In this document: one piece after another, positions 59,378-64,000 of the stretch
How the letters are laid out: every line of letters begins with the position of its first letter
Numbering within the stretch: position 1 is the stretch's first letter
DNA from: Candidatus Nanopelagicales bacterium
GTDB lineage: Bacteria; Actinomycetota; Actinomycetes; S36-B12
Assembly (NCBI GenBank): GCA_017857175.1
Contig: JAFMDS010000003.1
Span: 4,223 to 68,222, forward strand
Direction: 5' to 3'
Length of the DNA stretch: 64,000 nt
Position numbers and translations under genes: made by a program
Notes under the pieces: model-generated
Seen by the model: the letters and a program-made list of their open reading frames with translations, nothing else
Databases searched by the model: none
What the model was told of the DNA's origin: nothing

Positions 59378-59391
59378 CGGTAACGTTTCCG
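59378..59391. promoter_or_regulatory. LacI-type operator, copy 6
   Basis: CGGTAACGTTTCCG upstream of the mutarotase gene. Confidence 0.8.
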
Positions 59392-59476
59392 GCGATTTAC
59401 CCATACTGGACTTGAGTTGAGGTCGCGTCAACCGGAATCAATGGAATATAGGGGCCAAATGCCCGTGAAATACATT

Positions 59477-59605
59477 TTATCCACAGGCTGTGGATAACTT
59501 TTAAGCGTGTCTCCCCACCGAATGACACAAAAAAAAGAATCTATGCACAATTTGAACACAGGTTCATCACACAAGAGTCACAGATATTGCACAGATCTGC
59601 ACACA
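59477..59605. promoter_or_regulatory. DnaA-box cluster upstream of dnaB
   Basis: Inverted perfect pair TTATCCACA-ggc-TGTGGATAA (59477-59497) plus degenerate CTATGCACA, TTGAACACA, TATTGCACA and CTGCACACA. Confidence 0.8.
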
Positions 59606-59709
59606 GGGGAAATGGACACGCTCTCAGGCGAGGTCTAACGTCAGGGGTTCGGTGTTTACTGGTGGGCAGAAGTGCCAGAACAGGTCATGGTCAAGAGTGG
59701 AGGTTCAAT

Positions 59710-61083
59710 GTGAGCGTTGCAGAACTGCACGTGCCCGAAGAACCAGAAGGCTATGACCGTCAAGATCGCACACCACCCAATGACGTTGCTGCAGAACAAT
59801 CCATTCTGGGAGCAATGCTACTGAGCAAAGATGCAATCGCCGATGTTGTCGAAATGATTCGGGCTGACGACTTTTACAAACCAGCACACTCCACAATCTA
59901 TGACGTCATTCTGGATCTTTACGGTCGTGGCGAACCAGCGGATGCTGTCACTGTTGCATCGGAGCTCACCAAAGCAGGAGAAATCTCACGCATTGGCGGC
60001 GCGAGCTACCTACACACGCTTGTCTCTATGGTCCCCACTGCCGCAAACGCCAACTATTACGGGCGCATTGTTCGTGAGCAAGCAATTTTGCGCCGACTAG
60101 TTACTGCCGGAACTCGAATTGTGCACATGGGTTACAGCGGACAAGGTGAAGTCGATGACGTTGTTGATCGCGCGCAGGCTGAGGTCTATGAAGTCACCGA
60201 GCGTCGCACGAGTGAGGACTATGCACCGCTTGCTGACATCATGCAAGGAACGCTGAACGAAATTGAAGCAATTTCAAATCGCGATGGTGAAATGGTGGGT
60301 GTCCCCACAGGTTTCGCAGAGCTCGACACATTAACCAACGGACTGCATCCAGGACAGCTCATCATTCTTGCTGCTCGTCCGGCACTCGGTAAGTCAACAC
60401 TGGGGTTGGATATTTGCCGTAGCGCCTCCATCAAGAATGGTTTGACCAGCGTCATCTTCTCGCTGGAAATGAGTCGCAATGAGATTGTCATGCGACTTCT
60501 TTCTGCTGAAGCGCAAGTTGCATTGCATCACATGCGTTCTGGGCAAATGAGTGAAGCAGACTGGTCCAAACTCGCCAACAAAATGGGTGTGGTCAGTGAG
60601 GCTCCACTATTTATTGATGATTCACCCAATATGACTCTGATGGAAATTCGCGCAAAGTGTCGCAGGCTCAAGCAGCGTCACGACCTACGGCTAGTTGTCA
60701 TCGACTACCTCCAACTCATGACCAGTGGTAAGCGTGTTGAGAATCGCCAACAGGAAGTTTCTGAATTTTCTCGCTCGTTGAAATTGTTGGCCAAAGAACT
60801 TGATGTTCCCGTCATTGCAATCTCACAGCTCAACCGTGGACCAGAGCAACGCCAAGACAAACGGCCAATGCTTTCTGACCTTCGCGAGTCGGGATCGCTC
60901 GAACAAGATGCGGACATGGTTGTTCTTTTGCACCGCGAGGATGCCTATGAGCGTGAATCACCTCGTGCGGGTGAGGCAGACTTCATTGTGGCCAAACACC
61001 GCAATGGCCCAACAGCCAATATCAATGTGGCATTCCAAGGGCACTACTCTCGTTTTGTTGACATGGCTCGAGACTCGATCTAA
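59710..61083 (+). CDS. dnaB: Replicative DNA helicase DnaB (no intein)
   Basis: AEQSILGAML, AARPALGKS, DYLQLM, SQLNR, LSDLRESGSLEQDAD and AKHRNGP motifs; GTG start after GGAGG. Confidence 0.98.
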   Translation: MSVAELHVPEEPEGYDRQDRTPPNDVAAEQSILGAMLLSKDAIADVVEMIRADDFYKPAHSTIYDVILDLYGRGEPADAVTVASELTKAGEISRIGGASYLHTLVSMVPTAANANYYGRIVREQAILRRLVTAGTRIVHMGYSGQGEVDDVVDRAQAEVYEVTERRTSEDYAPLADIMQGTLNEIEAISNRDGEMVGVPTGFAELDTLTNGLHPGQLIILAARPALGKSTLGLDICRSASIKNGLTSVIFSLEMSRNEIVMRLLSAEAQVALHHMRSGQMSEADWSKLANKMGVVSEAPLFIDDSPNMTLMEIRAKCRRLKQRHDLRLVVIDYLQLMTSGKRVENRQQEVSEFSRSLKLLAKELDVPVIAISQLNRGPEQRQDKRPMLSDLRESGSLEQDADMVVLLHREDAYERESPRAGEADFIVAKHRNGPTANINVAFQGHYSRFVDMARDSI

Positions 61084-61114
61084 AGCCTGACTTACTTTCA
61101 AGGGAGAGTTATCC

Positions 61115-62257
61115 GTGGGCGTTGAAGCAATAGCTCGAGAGAAATTCGAAATCTTCAACCACAAGACCTACATCAACTCATGTTCCCAAGCAGCATTGGC
61201 ACAAGAAGTGCGAGCTGCCTACAACGCCTATCTAGATGGTTTGGTCGAGTTCGGCTCACCCTGGGAAACATGGGTTGGTGTGCAGGAGAATGTGCGCTCA
61301 CTGCTCGGACAGATTCTCGGTGCCCATGCTGATGAAGTTGCGATCACAACTTCAGCCTCCGCAGCCGTTAATGCCATAGCTAGTTGCTTTGATTTTGACA
61401 AAGGACCAAGCCAAATACTCACGACATCACTTGAGTTTCCCACCGTAGGACAGATATGGCACGCTCAGGAGCGACGTGGTGCACAAGTAGTTCACTTGCC
61501 TGCAGGTTCTGACCATCGAGTGACTGCGCAACAGGTGGCGGATGCAATCACCTCAGACACAGCGATCGTGTCGGTGACGCATGTCTGTTACCGCAATGGC
61601 GCGATGAATGACATCAAAGCAATCGTTGAAGCAGCTCACGGTCAAGGTGTACCCGTATTAGTGGACGCTTACCAATCTGTGGGAGCGGTACCTCTTGACT
61701 TCGCTGAACTCGGCGCAGACTTCGTTGTTGGTGGCCTTTTGAAGTACATGCTGAGCAGCCCTGGTGTTGGTTTCCTGTTGGTCAATTCGGCTACGGCAGC
61801 TGAATACATCCCAACTACTACGGGTTGGTTTGCCGCTCGCGATATTTTCGCCATGGACATAAATGCATTCGATCCCGCGAAGGATGCAAGACGCTTTGAA
61901 TCAGGAACACCGAATGTTCCGAGTTTGTATGCCGCCCAAGCTGGGTTGGGGCTCTTATTGGAGGTTGGGGTCAGTAACGCTTGGGACGTATCGCGCCAAT
62001 TGCATGAGGAACTCAGAGTCGGTGTGGAGGCACTTGGCGGCACAGTTGTAACGCCGAGTGGATCTGGTGCTCATGGCCCCATGATCGCCATCGCGACAAC
62101 AGATGAGCACGCACTGGTGAATTCCATGGCCGCTGATGGGGTCATCGTGTCCTCGCGAGATGGAAACCTGAGAGTAAGTCCGCATTTTTACAACAACTCA
62201 AATGACGTAGAAATCGTTTTAAGTGCCTTGAAAACGAATCGGCACTTGCTCGTTTGA
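61115..62257 (+). CDS. Class V PLP enzyme (kynureninase-like)
   Basis: EFPT, DAYQSVG, GGLLKY (PLP lysine), TGWFA, RRFESGTP and RVSPHFYN motifs. Confidence 0.8.
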   Translation: MGVEAIAREKFEIFNHKTYINSCSQAALAQEVRAAYNAYLDGLVEFGSPWETWVGVQENVRSLLGQILGAHADEVAITTSASAAVNAIASCFDFDKGPSQILTTSLEFPTVGQIWHAQERRGAQVVHLPAGSDHRVTAQQVADAITSDTAIVSVTHVCYRNGAMNDIKAIVEAAHGQGVPVLVDAYQSVGAVPLDFAELGADFVVGGLLKYMLSSPGVGFLLVNSATAAEYIPTTTGWFAARDIFAMDINAFDPAKDARRFESGTPNVPSLYAAQAGLGLLLEVGVSNAWDVSRQLHEELRVGVEALGGTVVTPSGSGAHGPMIAIATTDEHALVNSMAADGVIVSSRDGNLRVSPHFYNNSNDVEIVLSALKTNRHLLV

Positions 62258-62423
62258 ACGGAGCGTCCATGCGTCATTAAATCCCTCGTACCGCATGGCC
62301 AACTAACTTGTTGCGCATTTTGGATATAAAGGGATCTTTATGGATATCACTTTCCCCTCTTCATTCCCTACCATCACGTCCTGACTCGGATCAGTAATGG
62401 CAGGCAGACAATAGGAGGACGAC

Positions 62424-63905
62424 ATGGTTCGAACCGTTGGAATTGTTGGAGCGGGATTCGCTGGACTTGTCACAGCCAAGGTACTCAAGGATTTTGGTTT
62501 CGAACCCCAAGTATTTGAAAGTGATTCGGAAGTGGGTGGAGTTTGGGCGGCGAGCCGTCGCTACCCGGGTTTGACCACGCAAAACGTGCGAAGTACTTAT
62601 GCCTTGAGCGATTTTCCTTACCCAAAGAGCTACCCCGAATGGCCATCGGGGCAACAAGTTCAAGAGTATATGGCCGATTATGCGAATCACTTTGAACTTA
62701 ATCCGCTTATACAACTAAACACTAAAGTTGAGTCAGCGACTTTTGATGAGGCCGCTAACCAATGGGTGATCACTACATCTGGCACAGGGGCCGGTACCAC
62801 CAATGTTGATTACCTGGTGGTCTGCAATGGAATCTTTTCCGATCCCTCGATACCCGAGTGGCCGGGAGCAGCAGAATTCAAGGAGGCAGGCGGCCAGATC
62901 ATTCACACGTCTGACTTTCATGATTTAAGCATGGTGAAAGACAAAAACGTAATTGTCGTTGGTTTTGGAAAATCCTCCTGTGATGCTGCTGCTGCCACAG
63001 TCGGTACTAGTACCAGCACCACTATTGTCGCTCGAAAAATTATTTGGAAAATTCCAAAGAAGTTCAAGAACGTGTTGAACTACAAAATGCTTTTGCTCAC
63101 CAGAATGGGCGAGGCACTATTTCCCTATATAGACCGACACGGTGTTGAAAAATTCATGCATGGCAGTGGTAAGGCTGTGAGCAAAGGCATGCTGGGCAGT
63201 GTGCAGGGTGTGGTCACTTCGCAATTTAAACTGGATGAAATAGACCTCAACCCACATACAGGGTTAGAAACCATAGTTCGAAGCACCGTGAGTTTAGCGT
63301 CGGACAACTTCTTTGACTATGTTCAAAAAGGTCAACTCACAGTCGAGCGTGACACTGAAATTGTGAAGTGTGAGCCAGGAAATGTATTGCTATCAAATGG
63401 CAAAAAGTTACCGGCAGACATCTTGATTTGCGGCACCGGATTCCACCAACGTGTGCCATTTTTTGACGAAAAAACTATGCAAGAAGTCACAGACGACAAG
63501 GGAAACTTCCAGTTATATCGACAGATTCTTCCGTTAAACACCCCAGCTCTTGCATTCAACGGATACAACTCGTCATTTTTTAGTCAGCTGAATGCAGAAG
63601 CTGGAGCGTGGTGGATAGCCGCGAATCTCAGCGGAATGCTTGACCTTCCCAGTGAAAAAGACCAACGATTGCACACTGAAAGACGTTTAGCATGGATGGA
63701 AGAGCGCACTGAAGGAAAGCATTCAAAAGGAACTAACATCATTCCGTTTTCTATTCACAACGTGGACGAACTTCTGGACGACCTAAACCTCTCCATTGGC
63801 GGATTCAAGAGATTCCGGGAATGGTTATTGCCTATCAATCCCAAAGATTATGCACCGCTTGAAGGAAGACTGATCAAACGCAGAGACAAGATGAACGCCC
63901 GATGA
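62424..63905 (+). CDS. Class B flavin-containing monooxygenase
   Basis: GAGFAG, GGVW, FMO signature F...GGQIIHTSDF, GFGKS and CGTGF. Confidence 0.92.
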   Translation: MVRTVGIVGAGFAGLVTAKVLKDFGFEPQVFESDSEVGGVWAASRRYPGLTTQNVRSTYALSDFPYPKSYPEWPSGQQVQEYMADYANHFELNPLIQLNTKVESATFDEAANQWVITTSGTGAGTTNVDYLVVCNGIFSDPSIPEWPGAAEFKEAGGQIIHTSDFHDLSMVKDKNVIVVGFGKSSCDAAAATVGTSTSTTIVARKIIWKIPKKFKNVLNYKMLLLTRMGEALFPYIDRHGVEKFMHGSGKAVSKGMLGSVQGVVTSQFKLDEIDLNPHTGLETIVRSTVSLASDNFFDYVQKGQLTVERDTEIVKCEPGNVLLSNGKKLPADILICGTGFHQRVPFFDEKTMQEVTDDKGNFQLYRQILPLNTPALAFNGYNSSFFSQLNAEAGAWWIAANLSGMLDLPSEKDQRLHTERRLAWMEERTEGKHSKGTNIIPFSIHNVDELLDDLNLSIGGFKRFREWLLPINPKDYAPLEGRLIKRRDKMNAR

Positions 63906-64000
63906 GTAAGGAACTTGATAACAAGTCCGTCATCTTGACTGGAGGTGCGACGCTGTTTGGCGCAGCTGTAGCCAGAAAAATTGTTGATGCTGGCGCCAAA
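63902..64000 (+). CDS. Short-chain dehydrogenase (5' fragment; runs off the window edge)
   Basis: Manual translation MSKELDNKSVILTGGATLFGAAVARKIVDAGAK; ATGA overlap with the FMO stop. Confidence 0.8.
   Translation, partial: MSKELDNKSVILTGGATLFGAAVARKIVDAGAK

Noticed and set aside
59529..59536. A8 homopolymer as a phase-variation site
   Set aside because: It is intergenic, short and inside an AT-rich DnaA-box region; no evidence of variability.
59710..61083. Intein in DnaB
   Set aside because: The protein is normal length (about 457 aa) with contiguous helicase motifs.
1..64000. CRISPR arrays, tRNA/rRNA genes, IS elements, prophage or defence genes
   Set aside because: I found no repeat-spacer periodicity, cloverleaf or rRNA signatures, or transposase, integrase or nuclease motifs by eye; intergenic gaps are mostly too short. 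A tRNAscan/Infernal run would be needed to be certain.

Overview
This window is the replication-origin region of an actinobacterial chromosome with roughly 50% GC (estimated by eye) and a Streptomyces/Nocardioides-like gene order; a streamlined aquatic lineage is a guess. Bases 1-37,060 hold the conserved core: recF-dnaN-oriC-dnaA, rpmH-rnpA-yidD-yidC-jag-rsmG-parAB, cwlM-trxAB-sigM-murJ, cca, ino1, ponA, femX and rpsF-ssb-rpsR-rplI. Between rplI and dnaB, which are normally near-neighbours, lie about 22 kb of accessory DNA. Most of it is a 19 kb catabolic island (40,346-59,391) tied together by six copies of a LacI-type palindrome, (T/C)GGWAA(C/G)GWTWC(C/T)(A/G). The island encodes a sugar ABC transporter, a RhaM-type mutarotase, Gfo/Idh/MocA and SDR dehydrogenases, a COG3618-type lactonase, two atypical mandelate-racemase-family enolases, a tartrate/D-malate dehydrogenase, an MmgE/PrpD protein, a cytochrome P450, an acyl-CoA ligase, and a TPP-dependent E1beta/E1alpha pair with a stand-alone lipoyl domain. 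It is the best candidate for an undescribed system: a non-phosphorylative pathway for a modified deoxy-sugar or sugar acid. Elements missing from the ORF track include rpmH, a leaderless 34-aa membrane microprotein, DnaA-trios, DnaA-box groups between parA/parB and upstream of dnaB, three parS sites, a PadR operator, an internal SigM-type promoter and the S6:S18 leader. I saw no tRNA, rRNA, CRISPR array, IS element or integrase. All assignments come from motif reading; no database searches were run.
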